A stretch of 64,000 nt of DNA from Candidatus Saccharicenans sp. (GCA_029907135.1 JARYMJ010000006.1:1260-65259), one strand, 5' to 3'; positions 17,260-27,071 are shown, counted from the stretch's first letter. Notes: generated from the sequence alone by a model not told the origin. A program made the numbers and translations.

Positions 17260-17646
17260 ATGACCCAGGAACAGAAAGCCAACAGCCTGAGAGAAGCCAT
17301 AAATAAGAAATTAATTTTTTCCTTGGAGGAAGTCTGCCGTCTGCTGAAAATTAGCCCGGAGACGGTCAAGGAATGGGAAAGGGAATTCCCGCTGTTTTTT
17401 GCCGGCCAGACAGCCCGCGGCCAACAGATTTACCGACAGAAGGATGTACTGATAATCCTGCGATTGAAAGAGCTTCTGGAAGAAAACACCCTGACCAGCG
17501 CCGGCATCAGAAGAAAGATCGAAGAGGAATTCGGGTTCAAGACTGATAAGATTCCCCCGGAAAAACTCTATTCGGCCCTGGCCCAGATCAAGGAAGAGCT
17601 GACCGAAATTCTCCAGGCCCTTGAAAAAAAGGGCAAAAAAGGCTAA
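17260..17646 (+). CDS. MerR-family helix-turn-helix protein
   Basis: 128 aa. FSLEEVCRLLKISPETVKEWEREFPLF...RQKDVLIILRLKELL fits the MerR N-terminal HTH pattern. Confidence 0.65.
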   Translation: MTQEQKANSLREAINKKLIFSLEEVCRLLKISPETVKEWEREFPLFFAGQTARGQQIYRQKDVLIILRLKELLEENTLTSAGIRRKIEEEFGFKTDKIPPEKLYSALAQIKEELTEILQALEKKGKKG

Positions 17647-17669
17647 ATTAATTTACCCTTATCGCCAAT

Positions 17670-17743
17670 CGGGACGTGGCGCAGCCTGGTAGCGCACATG
17701 CTTGGGGTGCATGGGGTCAGCGGTTCAAATCCGCTCGTCCCGA
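17670..17743 (+). tRNA. tRNA-Pro (anticodon GGG)
   Basis: Hand-folded cloverleaf. Acceptor CGGGACG/CGTCCCG, D-stem GCGC/GCGC, anticodon stem CATGC/GCATG with loop TTGGGGT, T-arm AGCGG-TTCAAAT-CCGCT, discriminator A. CCA is not encoded. A T7 run follows. Confidence 0.9.
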
Positions 17744-17852
17744 TTTTTTTATTTAGCCCAGCAGCGATAAGCGGCAACTTCCGCCAATCAAGTCTTGTGC
17801 TTGCCCTCCAAACAACGGTCTGGTTGAACGGATTCCAGCCAGGTCAGGTCTT

Positions 17853-18047
17853 TTACAGGGTGTTGATTTTAAGAATGGTGTACAGACCGCAATAGCGGGT
17901 AACAGCCGTCAAGACCAGGATCACCCCCAGGATGATCAGAATCCAGCGCAACACCTTGCCAGTTTTTACCTTGAGAACCGGGGTCAGGTGGATGAAAACC
18001 CAGCCCACGATCAAGCGAATTATGGCATCGGCCAGCCCGACGTTCAT
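17853..18047 (-). CDS. Small membrane protein, DUF2892 (YgaP-like) family
   Basis: 64 aa with two hydrophobic helices. MNVGLADAIIRLIVG ... LTAVTRYCGLYTIL matches my recollection of DUF2892. Confidence 0.6.
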   Translation of the reverse strand: MNVGLADAIIRLIVGWVFIHLTPVLKVKTGKVLRWILIILGVILVLTAVTRYCGLYTILKINTL

Positions 18048-18268
18048 TTGGCCCTCCTTTTAATGTAGCTTATGGGGCAATTTTATTAAAGAATTAGAAA
18101 TAAAGCAACTGTTCACCAGGGAGAGATATCCGGGCGACTCAACCTCGTCTATTTGGGCGGGAGGCATCCTAATTAACCTGGCCCCGGGTCTTACGGTGTG
18201 GATAATTAAAGACATTTCTTCTATAATATATCGAAATTTTGTCTGACGACTGGAGCCAGCAGGAAAAG

Positions 18269-19090
18269 ATGACCCTGAAAATTAAGAAACAACAACCCCT
18301 ATTTTTGCTGACCAATGATGATGGCTATTTTTCCCCGGGTATCACCGCCCTGGCCGAAGAACTGAGTCAAATCGGGCAGGTTTACATCGTCGCTCCCGAC
18401 CGAGAGAAGAGTTCCATTTCACTGGCTCTGACCCTGCGCCGGCCCCTGCGGGCCGAAAAAATCAACAGGAATACTTATGCCGTCGATGGCACGCCGGCGG
18501 ACTGCGTCTATATTGCTTTGCGGCACATACTTCCCCGGCGACCCGACCTGCTTATTTCTGGCATTAACAGGGGGGCTAATCTCGGCTGCCAGGACGTTTC
18601 TTATTCAGGGACTGTGGCCGCCGCCCTCCAGGGAACTTTCATGGGCATTCCATCCCTGGCCGTCTCCCATTTAGGAAAGCGCACCAGGAACGGCAGTTTA
18701 TACGATTTCAGGGGCGCGGCCTCGCTGCTCAGGCCGATGGTCGAAACCATCTTGAAGAACGCCCTGCCTCACCGGGTCTATCTCAACATAAACATCCCCC
18801 CCTTTCCGGTTAAAGGCATCAAGATCACCCGCCTGGGAGAAAAACGTTACTCACCCGAGCTGATCAGGAAACGAGACCCCCGGGGAAAAACCTATTTCTG
18901 GATCGGCGTGGGCAACCCGAAAGCAGTTGGCCCGAAGGATTCTGACGTCCAGGTAGTGGACCGGGGTTGGGTGTCGGTCACCCCGCTGCAGATAGACCGA
19001 ACGGCCCAGCTGCACCTGGGACACCAGCTCCTGGAAAGCCTGAAAAAATGCTGGCCACCGGAAAAATTCCTAAACCAGAAAAAGAATTGA
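18269..19090 (+). CDS. surE: 5'/3'-nucleotidase SurE
   Basis: LLTNDDGYFSPGITALAEEL, VYIVAPDREKSS, SGINRGANLG. ATG at 18269 with AGGA upstream; the ORF track starts at the TTG at 18239. Confidence 0.9.
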   Translation: MTLKIKKQQPLFLLTNDDGYFSPGITALAEELSQIGQVYIVAPDREKSSISLALTLRRPLRAEKINRNTYAVDGTPADCVYIALRHILPRRPDLLISGINRGANLGCQDVSYSGTVAAALQGTFMGIPSLAVSHLGKRTRNGSLYDFRGAASLLRPMVETILKNALPHRVYLNINIPPFPVKGIKITRLGEKRYSPELIRKRDPRGKTYFWIGVGNPKAVGPKDSDVQVVDRGWVSVTPLQIDRTAQLHLGHQLLESLKKCWPPEKFLNQKKN

Positions 19091-19231
19091 GACTTAGGGT
19101 CGGATTTTTTGGGCCCCAAGATGAGAGCTGAATATTTACGGCACCAATCTTTTCCTGGGAAAAATTCCTGGCCACCCTGTCCTTAAAAGCGAACCTTCTT
19201 CCCCCTCAACCACAGGATGCTGAAGCCTGAA

Positions 19232-19900
19232 TCAGCCGGTCGGACTGTCGCTGCCGGTTTTCTTCTGTCCTTTTTTCCGGAGAACGCTAACGGCTGCCGG
19301 AACCACCGAGATCAAGATTATGGCCACTATTACCAGCGAAAAATTCTTTTTGATCACCGGAATGTTGCCGAAGAAATATCCTCCGAACAGAAAAAGCGAC
19401 ACCCAGAGCAGGCTGCCGGCCAGGCTGTAGACCAGGAATCGGGCATAGGTCATCCGACCTATCCCGGCCACAAAAGGGGCAAAGGTCCGAATAAAAGGCA
19501 TAAACCGAGCCACGATGATGGTCAGGCTGCCATATTTTTCGTAAAAGCGGTGGGTTTTATCCAGGTATTCTTTATTAAAAAAGCGGCCTTTTTCTTTTTT
19601 GAAGACTCCGGGCCCGACCTTGGAGCCAATCCAGTAGTTGGTGATATTGCCCAAAAAGGCAGCCAGGGAAAGAAGCAGGAACAGACCCCAGATATTTAAG
19701 TTTCCGATGGCCGCCAGCGCTCCAACGGCAAACAACAGCGAGTCGCCCGGGAAAAAGGGTGTGACCACGAACCCGGTTTCCGAGAAAATGACCACAAACA
19801 GGATCAGATAGGTCCAGAGGCCATACTGGTTAATTATGTCCACCACATAGCGGTCCAGGTGGATGGCTATGTCAAACAGCTTCTTAATTAGCTCTATCAA
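19232..19900 (-). CDS. DedA-family inner membrane protein
   Basis: 222 aa and multi-TM. FSETGFVVTPFFPGDSLLF is the DedA/SNARE-associated signature. Confidence 0.85.
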   Translation of the reverse strand: MIELIKKLFDIAIHLDRYVVDIINQYGLWTYLILFVVIFSETGFVVTPFFPGDSLLFAVGALAAIGNLNIWGLFLLLSLAAFLGNITNYWIGSKVGPGVFKKEKGRFFNKEYLDKTHRFYEKYGSLTIIVARFMPFIRTFAPFVAGIGRMTYARFLVYSLAGSLLWVSLFLFGGYFFGNIPVIKKNFSLVIVAIILISVVPAAVSVLRKKGQKKTGSDSPTG

Positions 19901-20307
19901 TTAGCGTTCTTCCCCGTTGGCCGAGATCAATTTTTTACGGGTAATTCACTATACTTATTTTTAGCCGGGCTGACAAGTAATTTAGAAGCTAAAGAGACCC
20001 CAGTCAGAGTTTCAGGACATCCAGCCCGGTCGAAGTAAATGGACCACCACGGCCAGCTACCAGTAGCCACCTGGCAGTCAAAGGGAACTTCCAAACGCGG
20101 CCGACTGAACTCAGGCTCTATTAAATAAAACGAATCAAGCACCCGACCAGAAGCCTCCTTGGCCCGAGATTGGAATTATGACTTTCATCAAACCTGTCCC
20201 GAGGGCCCCGGCCCGGCTTTGATTACCATAAAATCCGCTGGCTTCTGCCTGTTTATCAGGCTGCCTATTGGCCTCGGCTCTGCTATAATGAGCCTGGAAA
20301 ATTGACG

Positions 20308-21300
20308 ATGGTCAACAGAGATTTTTTCCTGGAGCGGAAACTGGAATCCGTGGACCGGGCCCTGGCCAGGCTAGCCCCGCTTGAAGCTGACTGTACTCTC
20401 TGCCCGAGGGAATGCCACGTCAACCGTACCAGAGGGCAGACCGGCGTCTGCCAGACCGGCAGCCTGGCCCGGGTGTCAGTCGGCCTGCTCCATTTTGGCG
20501 AGGAACCGGTGCTCAGCGGTCGCGGTCTGCCAGCCGGAGCCCGGGGTTCCGGTACCATCTTTTTCACCGGTTGCAATCTGAAATGCCTGTTCTGCCAGAA
20601 CTTCCAGCTTAGCTGGCTCAATGAGGGACAGCTCCTGACTGACGACCAGCTGGCTTCCCTGATGCTGGAACTCCAAGGCCAGGGCGCTTTGAATGTCAAC
20701 CTGGTCTCCCCCACCCACGTCATCCTGCCGATTCTAAGAGCTTTGCGCCTGGCCTACCAGCAAGGCCTGTCCATCCCCCTGGTATATAATTCCAACGGCT
20801 ACGACTCGCTGGAAGTGGTGGAGCTGTTGCGGGGAATTGTGGACATTTACCTTCCCGACCTGAAATATGTTTCTTCCGAACTTTCTCGCCGCTACTCCTC
20901 AGCTCCTGATTATTTCGATAAGGCCAGACAGGCCCTGCAGGAAATGTACTGTCAGCAACCAGACCTGGTGCTGGACGACCGGGAAATTGCCCGGCAGGGC
21001 TTGATAATCAGGCACCTGGTGCTTCCCGGCGCGGCCGATGATTCCATCCGGGTGCTGGAATGGATTGCCGGGAACCTGTCCACCTCAGTCGGGCTCAGTC
21101 TGATGAGCCAGTACCATCCCTGCTATAAAGCCCCGGCTGAAATTCAGAGAGAAATAACCCGGGAAGAATACCACCGGGTAATGGAGAAAGCCCTGGATTT
21201 GGGTTTTGAGAACCTTTTCCTGCAGCCCGAGCCCTTTGAACCTGACGAACACCTGGTGCCCGACTTCCGAAGAAAGCAGCCCTTCCGCTGGAAAAATTAA
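20308..21300 (+). CDS. Radical SAM protein, PflX-like (pyruvate formate-lyase activase-related)
   Basis: CxxxCxxC cluster motif GCNLKCLFCQN, with an upstream Cys pair CTLCPRECHVNR. An extended -10 (TGCTATAAT) lies at 20281-20289. An alternative TTG start is at 20302. Confidence 0.8.
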   Translation: MVNRDFFLERKLESVDRALARLAPLEADCTLCPRECHVNRTRGQTGVCQTGSLARVSVGLLHFGEEPVLSGRGLPAGARGSGTIFFTGCNLKCLFCQNFQLSWLNEGQLLTDDQLASLMLELQGQGALNVNLVSPTHVILPILRALRLAYQQGLSIPLVYNSNGYDSLEVVELLRGIVDIYLPDLKYVSSELSRRYSSAPDYFDKARQALQEMYCQQPDLVLDDREIARQGLIIRHLVLPGAADDSIRVLEWIAGNLSTSVGLSLMSQYHPCYKAPAEIQREITREEYHRVMEKALDLGFENLFLQPEPFEPDEHLVPDFRRKQPFRWKN

Positions 21301-21586
21301 TCGGCAACAGAGTCGACAATGGTCGGCGGACATCCTTTAGGCCAAAGGTGGAGAAAAGGAACGCCACTTCGCCTCCAAGGTTAAAGTTTAGAAAAGAAGG
21401 CGGAGAAACAAATTTTCCTTCCTGATAAGAACAGCCGGCTAATTTAATTAAATAGATGAGTCTTTCCAGGCAAATTCAGTACGGCCTGGAATTAGAACCG
21501 GCAGAAAGCAGCTCTCTTTTCAGGGGTCTGCGGTTTAATCCAAAGACCCGGGCTCAAACTGAAACCCGAAGAAAGTGGTTGCCTGT

Positions 21587-22219
21587 TTATTCGTAAACCA
21601 GGATTTCCACTCTTCTGTTCTTGGCCCGGCCTTCACGGGTGGTGTTTTCGGCTACGGGCTTGGAGCTACCATAGCTCACGGCCGACATCCGGCGCAGCGG
21701 AATGTGGTGGGTCTTGTAGAGGTACATCATGACCGCTTCGGCTCTTTTCTGCCCCAGGTAGACATTGACCTCTTCCGGCCCGGTGTTATCGGTGTGGCCC
21801 TGGATTTCCAGGTAAACGCCCTTGTTTTCCTCGATTAACCTCTGGACAAAGCGGTCAATGGCCGCCTTGGCTTCGGCACTGAGCTCGGCGCTGTTGAAGG
21901 CGAACTTGGCTTCATCATTGCTCAGGGTGGCAGTCATGATCAGGTTGCCGCGAATCAGGGTCTTGACCTCTTCAATCTTGCCGTCAACCTGCTTGAACTG
22001 GGTATCATGTTTCCCGATGAGCTCGCCGATAGTGGCCAGTTTCTCGTCGTGCTCTTTGATTCTCTTCTGGGCTTCTTCAATTTCGCTGGAAATGCTGGCT
22101 ACTTTCTGATCCACCGCGGCCACCTCGGTGCTAACATATTTCTTGGTGGCACAACTTGAACCGAGCACGGCCAGGCTAATGACCAGAACTATCGCATAAA
22201 AAAGAAAGTTCTTTTTCAT
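21587..22219 (-). CDS. OmpA-family lipoprotein (coiled coil plus OmpA-like peptidoglycan-binding domain)
   Basis: Lipobox LGSSC. The C-terminus reads LEIQGHTDNTGPEEVNVYLGQKRAEAV...NRRVEILVYE. Confidence 0.85.
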   Translation of the reverse strand: MKKNFLFYAIVLVISLAVLGSSCATKKYVSTEVAAVDQKVASISSEIEEAQKRIKEHDEKLATIGELIGKHDTQFKQVDGKIEEVKTLIRGNLIMTATLSNDEAKFAFNSAELSAEAKAAIDRFVQRLIEENKGVYLEIQGHTDNTGPEEVNVYLGQKRAEAVMMYLYKTHHIPLRRMSAVSYGSSKPVAENTTREGRAKNRRVEILVYE

Positions 22220-22366
22220 GCTGACCTCCTTACGATTAGGTCTAAAGATAGGCTTTGATGCCTCAGACTCCCTTTGTTTATAATTATATTGTATTTTTCT
22301 GTCAATGTCACCACTTCAATGTTTAAATTCATCTCCGGGGCGCCAGCTGGCCCGGGCTGACCCCGG

Positions 22367-23335
22367 TCAATACCCCTGCCTGGTCCGAATCCGGTAGTTA
22401 CCCTTAACAGTGGTCACCCGGATGCGCCGGTATTTATCATCATCTTTATAGGAGGTGTAGCCTATCAGGTACTGGTGACTTTGCTCTCGCTTGATTTCAT
22501 AGATGGTCGCCAGCAGGCTTTCCAGGTCGTCCAGGAAAAAGGCTTTCCCCCCGGTGGCTTCGGCAAACATCTTCAAAGTCTCGACAATGCCCATGGCCGT
22601 TAACCCGGTTCGCCTCTTGTGCCTGGCCAGGATTTCCTCGGCCCGGGGAATCTTATAGCCGATGACATAGATCGGCACATCCACCCTCCGGGCGATCTCC
22701 AGGGCTTGCTCGGCACTGGACTGGCTGTCGTTCTCGATTCCGTCGGTGATCAGAATAAGGGCCCGCTTCTCGTTCTTGGCCCGGACGGCGTACTGGGGCG
22801 AAACGGCCACGGCGTCGTTTAAGGCAGTCTTGCCGTAGGCCTGTTCACCTTCCAGAGAGGCCAGGAAAGCCGACCTGTCGGTCGAATGCCGGGCTACCAC
22901 CTCCACCTCGCCATCGGCAAACACCAGCAGGGCTAACTCATCCTGGGGAGCCAGGACTTTTTCCGCCAGGACCTGGAGTGCCCGCCGGCAGTCTTCAAAC
23001 TTGTTTTCCAGGGCCATGCTGCCGCTGACATCCAGCAGGACGGTCAGGCTGAGCGGAGCCGACTGGTCATGCTGGAAATAATTTATGATCTTTTTCTCGT
23101 TGTTCTCGTAAACAACAAAATCTTTTTCCTCCAGGTTATTGATATAACGCCCCTTTTTATCCTGAACGGTCACCGCAATGGTTATGGCATTAACGGTCAC
23201 GTTGTAAGCCGCCTTTTCCTGGGGTACCTTCTGGGTTTTTTCCTGGGCCCGGATGGCTGCCATTACCATAAAGACCAGGACAGTCAGCAGGCTCAGGCCT
23301 CTGGCGGCGATTTTTCTATTGCTTATGTCAATCAT
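22367..23335 (-). CDS. VWA-domain protein (secreted or membrane anchored)
   Basis: LSLTVLLDVSGSM (MIDAS DxSxS), LILITDGIENDS, VPIYVIG. ATG at 23335 is preferred over the TTG at 23374. Confidence 0.75.
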   Translation of the reverse strand: MIDISNRKIAARGLSLLTVLVFMVMAAIRAQEKTQKVPQEKAAYNVTVNAITIAVTVQDKKGRYINNLEEKDFVVYENNEKKIINYFQHDQSAPLSLTVLLDVSGSMALENKFEDCRRALQVLAEKVLAPQDELALLVFADGEVEVVARHSTDRSAFLASLEGEQAYGKTALNDAVAVSPQYAVRAKNEKRALILITDGIENDSQSSAEQALEIARRVDVPIYVIGYKIPRAEEILARHKRRTGLTAMGIVETLKMFAEATGGKAFFLDDLESLLATIYEIKREQSHQYLIGYTSYKDDDKYRRIRVTTVKGNYRIRTRQGY

Positions 23336-23688
23336 GTTCACCTTAAAAATATCACACCCCAACCGGGTCGGCAAACCGTCAGGGCTCTCTTAATTTAGTC
23401 GGGTCAGCGGAACTTGGTCAGGATATAAGACCTGGCCACCAGCTGTTAATCATCATTTGGCCTGAGGTTTTCGGTTGTCGTTCCAGGGTTCAACCCGGGA
23501 ACAGGTCCCCAATCCCGGAGTCGCCACCAGTCCGAGGAAATCCACAAGATTGGGACCAGAAACCATATGGCTCAAATTACCGAAGAGAACGCCAGCCCGA
23601 TACTCAATAAATTATCTAAAAAGCCAACCAGCCTGGTTTTGGATAATCTGGGGAACTATTCCAGGTTTCTTCTTATGACTTCTTTCTT

Positions 23689-24357
23689 TTACTTCAGGCT
23701 TTCCGGGTGGTGGCGGACCTGTTCGGCCTTGACCAGGTAGATTACGTCCTCAGCAATATTGGTGGCGTGGTCGCAGATTCTCTCCAGGTGCCTGGCTACC
23801 AGGAGCAGGGACACCGCCCGGGGAGCGGTGCTCGGGTCCTTGGCCATGTAATCGTTTATCAATTCAGATTGAACCAGGTTGCGCAGCTCATCGGCTTCAT
23901 TATCGCGCAGGATAACCGACCGGGCCAGTTCGGTATCCTTGTTGACAAAGGAATTGATAGCATCCCTGACCATGCCCTGGGCCAGGGTGGCCAGCTTGGG
24001 GATATCTATCAGCGGTTTTAGCAGAGGCTGGTCAGCCATCTCTATCACCCTCTGGCCGATGTCCACCGCCAGGTCGGCTATCCTTTCCAGGTCGGTAGCG
24101 ATTTTCATCGACATGATGATAAAGCGCAGGTCGGCTGCCGCCGGCTGGTAAAGAGCAATCAGGTTCAGACATTTTTCTTCTATGGCCAGGTCGAGGTTAT
24201 CGATACGGTCGTCATCCTTAATCACAGCCTCGGCTTTTTCCCGGCTGAGCTCCCTCAAGGCCTTGATGGAATTGCCGATGGTGGCTTCCACCTCGGCCGA
24301 CATTTCCAGGATTTTCTTATTAAGCTCCAGCAATTCTTCGTCAAAATATCTGGTCAT
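23689..24357 (-). CDS. phoU: Phosphate signalling complex protein PhoU
   Basis: 222 aa with two PhoU repeats (DDRIDNLDLAIE..., DNEADELRNLV..., ERICDHATNIAEDVIY). Confidence 0.9.
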   Translation of the reverse strand: MTRYFDEELLELNKKILEMSAEVEATIGNSIKALRELSREKAEAVIKDDDRIDNLDLAIEEKCLNLIALYQPAAADLRFIIMSMKIATDLERIADLAVDIGQRVIEMADQPLLKPLIDIPKLATLAQGMVRDAINSFVNKDTELARSVILRDNEADELRNLVQSELINDYMAKDPSTAPRAVSLLLVARHLERICDHATNIAEDVIYLVKAEQVRHHPESLK

Positions 24358-24394
24358 AACAGCCTCCTTTTCCAGCTGCTCTGGTCAGTCATCC

Positions 24395-25162
24395 TTAACC
24401 AAAACGGCCGGTGATATAATCTTCAGTCCTTTTATCTCTGGGACTAGTAAAAATCTGGTTGGTCTCGCCAAACTCAATCAGGTCGCCCAGTAGAAAGTAG
24501 CCCGTATAATCAGAAACCCGGGCTGCCTGCTGCATATTATGGGTAACTATAATGATAGTATAGTCTTTTTTCAGTTCGTACATCAAATCTTCTATCCGCG
24601 ACGTGGCCAGGGGGTCAAGGGCTGAACAGGGTTCATCCATCAACACCACTTCAGGCTCAACGGCCAGCAGCCGGGCGATACACAGGCGTTGCTGCTGCTC
24701 TCCTGTCAGTTTAAGCGCATTATCCGACAGCCGGTCCTTAAGCTCCTCCCAGAGGTTGACCGCCTGCAGGCAGCGGAAGAGTTTTTCCTCCAGAAAATTG
24801 GGCTCGGTTCGGCCATGCACCCTGAGGCCGTAGGTGATGTTATCGGCGATACTCAGCGGAAAGGGATTGGGCCGCTGGAAAACCATGCCCACCCTTCGCC
24901 TCAATTCCAACAGGTCGGTCTCCGGGTCGTAGATGTTCCTGCCTTCAAAAAATACCTGGCCCTCGGTCCGGCAACCCTCGATTAAATCATTCATCCGGTT
25001 CAGGGCCCGCAGGAAGGTGGATTTACCGCAGCCGGAAGGCCCGATCAGGGCGGTGATGCGGTTGGCCTGAATTTCCAGGTTGATATTCCTCAAGGCCTGG
25101 AATTTTCCATAATAAACGTCCAGGTTTTTGACCTCGATGATAATTTTCCTGCCCGCAGTCAT
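24395..25162 (-). CDS. pstB: Phosphate ABC transporter ATP-binding protein PstB (copy 1: intact Walker A, Q-loop and H-loop; atypical signature LTGEQ)
   Basis: [32 protein letters not shown] (24695-24709 encodes LTGEQ), [19 protein letters not shown], and the C-terminal DYITGRFG typical of PstB. Confidence 0.9.
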   Translation of the reverse strand: MTAGRKIIIEVKNLDVYYGKFQALRNINLEIQANRITALIGPSGCGKSTFLRALNRMNDLIEGCRTEGQVFFEGRNIYDPETDLLELRRRVGMVFQRPNPFPLSIADNITYGLRVHGRTEPNFLEEKLFRCLQAVNLWEELKDRLSDNALKLTGEQQQRLCIARLLAVEPEVVLMDEPCSALDPLATSRIEDLMYELKKDYTIIIVTHNMQQAARVSDYTGYFLLGDLIEFGETNQIFTSPRDKRTEDYITGRFG

Positions 25163-25448
25163 TCCGGCCGCCTCACTTTATCTTCTCGTTCCTCAGAGTC
25201 AACAGACAGTCAGAGCTCAGCCCGGAGCCGCTCTGGAGCAGTCCAAGTCCAGGGCCCTCCTGGTCGGATTGCTTCCCGAAATCAGCCAACAATAGGCATC
25301 TTCCTTGCCAGCTTCTGTCCTGTCTCTGGCTGGGCCAGACCTCCTGTCTCATCCTCTTCAGGTTATAGCTTCTCATTGTTAACTTTGATTTATAACTCCA
25401 TTAAAATTGCGCCAACTGCTCTAATCACTTCGCCCTCAACTTTTATAC

Positions 25449-26207
25449 TCAGCCAAACTTGCCCTCAAGGTAAGCTTCGGTCCGCTTATCGGCCGGCCGG
25501 GTGAAGATCACCGGGGTCTCGTCAATCTCCACCAGCTCGCCCATCAGGAAAAAGGCCGTCCGGTCGGCTACCCGGGCTGCCTGTTTGGTATTATTGGTCA
25601 CCAGGATTATGGTGTAATCCTTTTTCAGGCTGCGCAGAGAATCCTCAATCTTCATGGTAGATATCGGGTCCAGGCCGGAGGTCGGCTCATCCAGCATTAT
25701 ATACTTGGGTTTGAGGGCTAGCACCCGGGCAATGCACAGCCGCTGCTGCTGGCCGCCGGACAGTTTCAGGGCGCTGGTGTGCAGCCGGTCCTTGACCTCG
25801 GCCCAAAGGCCGGCCTTTTCCAGGGAATCCTCCACGATCCGGTCGAGCTCGTCCCGGTTGTTGTTTCCGAGAAGCCGGACGCCGAAGATGATGTTTTCGT
25901 AGATACTCAAGGGCAGAGGCACCGGGGTTGCGAAAACCATGCCCAGTTTCCGGCGCAAAGCAACCACGTCCACTTCGGGCCCGTAGATATCCTGATCATC
26001 CACCATGATTTTCCCTTCCACCCGGGAGCCGGGTATCAGGTCGTTAAGCCGGTTGAGACAGGCCAGGAAGGTCGATTTTCCGCTCCTGGCCGGGCCGATT
26101 ATTCCCAGAATTTCATTCCGGTAAACATCCAGGTTGATTTTATTCAAACTGCGCTGGCCGCCATAGTAATGGCTGAAATCCCTGACCAGGATGCCTCTTT
26201 CTTTCAT
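25449..26207 (-). CDS. pstB: PstB paralog (copy 2: canonical signature LSGGQ; Q-loop Gln->Ala, H-loop His->Asn, Walker A GPARSGKST)
   Basis: Real start is MKERGILV at the ATG 26205-26207, 5 nt after the pstA stop. MVFATPVPLP (Ala codon at 25929-25931), [32 protein letters not shown] (Asn codon at 25593-25595). The long 426-aa ORF in the track is an artefact that overlaps pstA. Confidence 0.85.
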   Translation of the reverse strand: MKERGILVRDFSHYYGGQRSLNKINLDVYRNEILGIIGPARSGKSTFLACLNRLNDLIPGSRVEGKIMVDDQDIYGPEVDVVALRRKLGMVFATPVPLPLSIYENIIFGVRLLGNNNRDELDRIVEDSLEKAGLWAEVKDRLHTSALKLSGGQQQRLCIARVLALKPKYIMLDEPTSGLDPISTMKIEDSLRSLKKDYTIILVTNNTKQAARVADRTAFFLMGELVEIDETPVIFTRPADKRTEAYLEGKFG

Positions 26208-26212
26208 GACCT

Positions 26213-27061
26213 TTAAGACTTCCGCTTGATGTATTTTTCCATCAAATAATAGGTGATTATATTTATGACCAGGATGGAAATCACCAGCACCGCGGCCGTT
26301 CCATAAGCCTTGGGCATGGATACGCCCTCCTTGGCCAGAATATAAAAATGGACCGACATCGTCCGCGAAGACGAAAACAGCGAGGTGGGCATCCGCAGAG
26401 CCGAGCCGGCGGTGAAGATGACAGCCGCGGTTTCCCCGATGCTCCGGCCGATGCTCAGGATAACCCCGGTTACTATTCCCGGTATGGCCGAGGGCAAAAC
26501 CACCCTGGTAACTGTCTGCCAGCGAGTGCTGCCCAGGGAAAAACTGACCAGGCGGTAGGCCGCGGGCACAGCCTTGATAGCTTCCTCGCTGGTCCTGATG
26601 ATGGTCGGCAGAACCATGAAGGCTAGGGTCAATCCCCCGCTCAGGATGGACCAGCCGAATTTCAGCTTGTTGACAAAAAGAATAAAGCCAAACAGGCCAA
26701 AAATAATGGAGGGAATGCCGGCCAGGCATTCAGCTCCGAACCTGATGATCCGGGTGATGCGGCCTTCAACCGTGTATTCTGTGAGGTAAATGGCCGTACC
26801 CACACCCAGGGGTGTAGCTACCAGCAGAGCAATGAAGGTCAGGAAAATGGTGGCCACAATGGTGGAAAGAATGCCACCCTCCCGTCCCATATCAGCCGGA
26901 TTCCGGGTAAGAAATTCCAGGCTGAGCTGGGGCAGACCATTCTTTAGAATGACCACTAGGATAAAGACCAGGACCAGGATGGCCACCGCGGTCATAAAAT
27001 ACATTAAGGACTGGGCTATTTGCTGTTCCCTTTTCGGATTGAACCTTAGCTGCTGGCCCAC
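26213..27061 (-). CDS. pstA: Phosphate ABC transporter permease PstA
   Basis: 282 aa and multi-TM. The EAA-type loop is EEAIKAVPAAYRLVSFSLGSTRWQT. Its position in the pst operon is consistent. Confidence 0.9.
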   Translation of the reverse strand: MGQQLRFNPKREQQIAQSLMYFMTAVAILVLVFILVVILKNGLPQLSLEFLTRNPADMGREGGILSTIVATIFLTFIALLVATPLGVGTAIYLTEYTVEGRITRIIRFGAECLAGIPSIIFGLFGFILFVNKLKFGWSILSGGLTLAFMVLPTIIRTSEEAIKAVPAAYRLVSFSLGSTRWQTVTRVVLPSAIPGIVTGVILSIGRSIGETAAVIFTAGSALRMPTSLFSSSRTMSVHFYILAKEGVSMPKAYGTAAVLVISILVINIITYYLMEKYIKRKS

Positions 27062-27071
27062 CCTTAGCTCC

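Noticed and set aside
17600-18240. Genomic-island signature next to tRNA-Pro (and likewise at 41867-41941)
   Set aside because: No integrase, excisionase or direct repeat of the tRNA 3' end could be seen near either tRNA. The adjacent MerR-like gene has the ordinary MerR pattern rather than an excisionase pattern.
25449-26729. 426-aa version of the second pstB ORF
   Set aside because: The first 174 residues overlap pstA in another frame and are His/Gly/Arg-rich nonsense. ABC homology starts at MKERGILV (ATG at 26207), 5 nt after the pstA stop.
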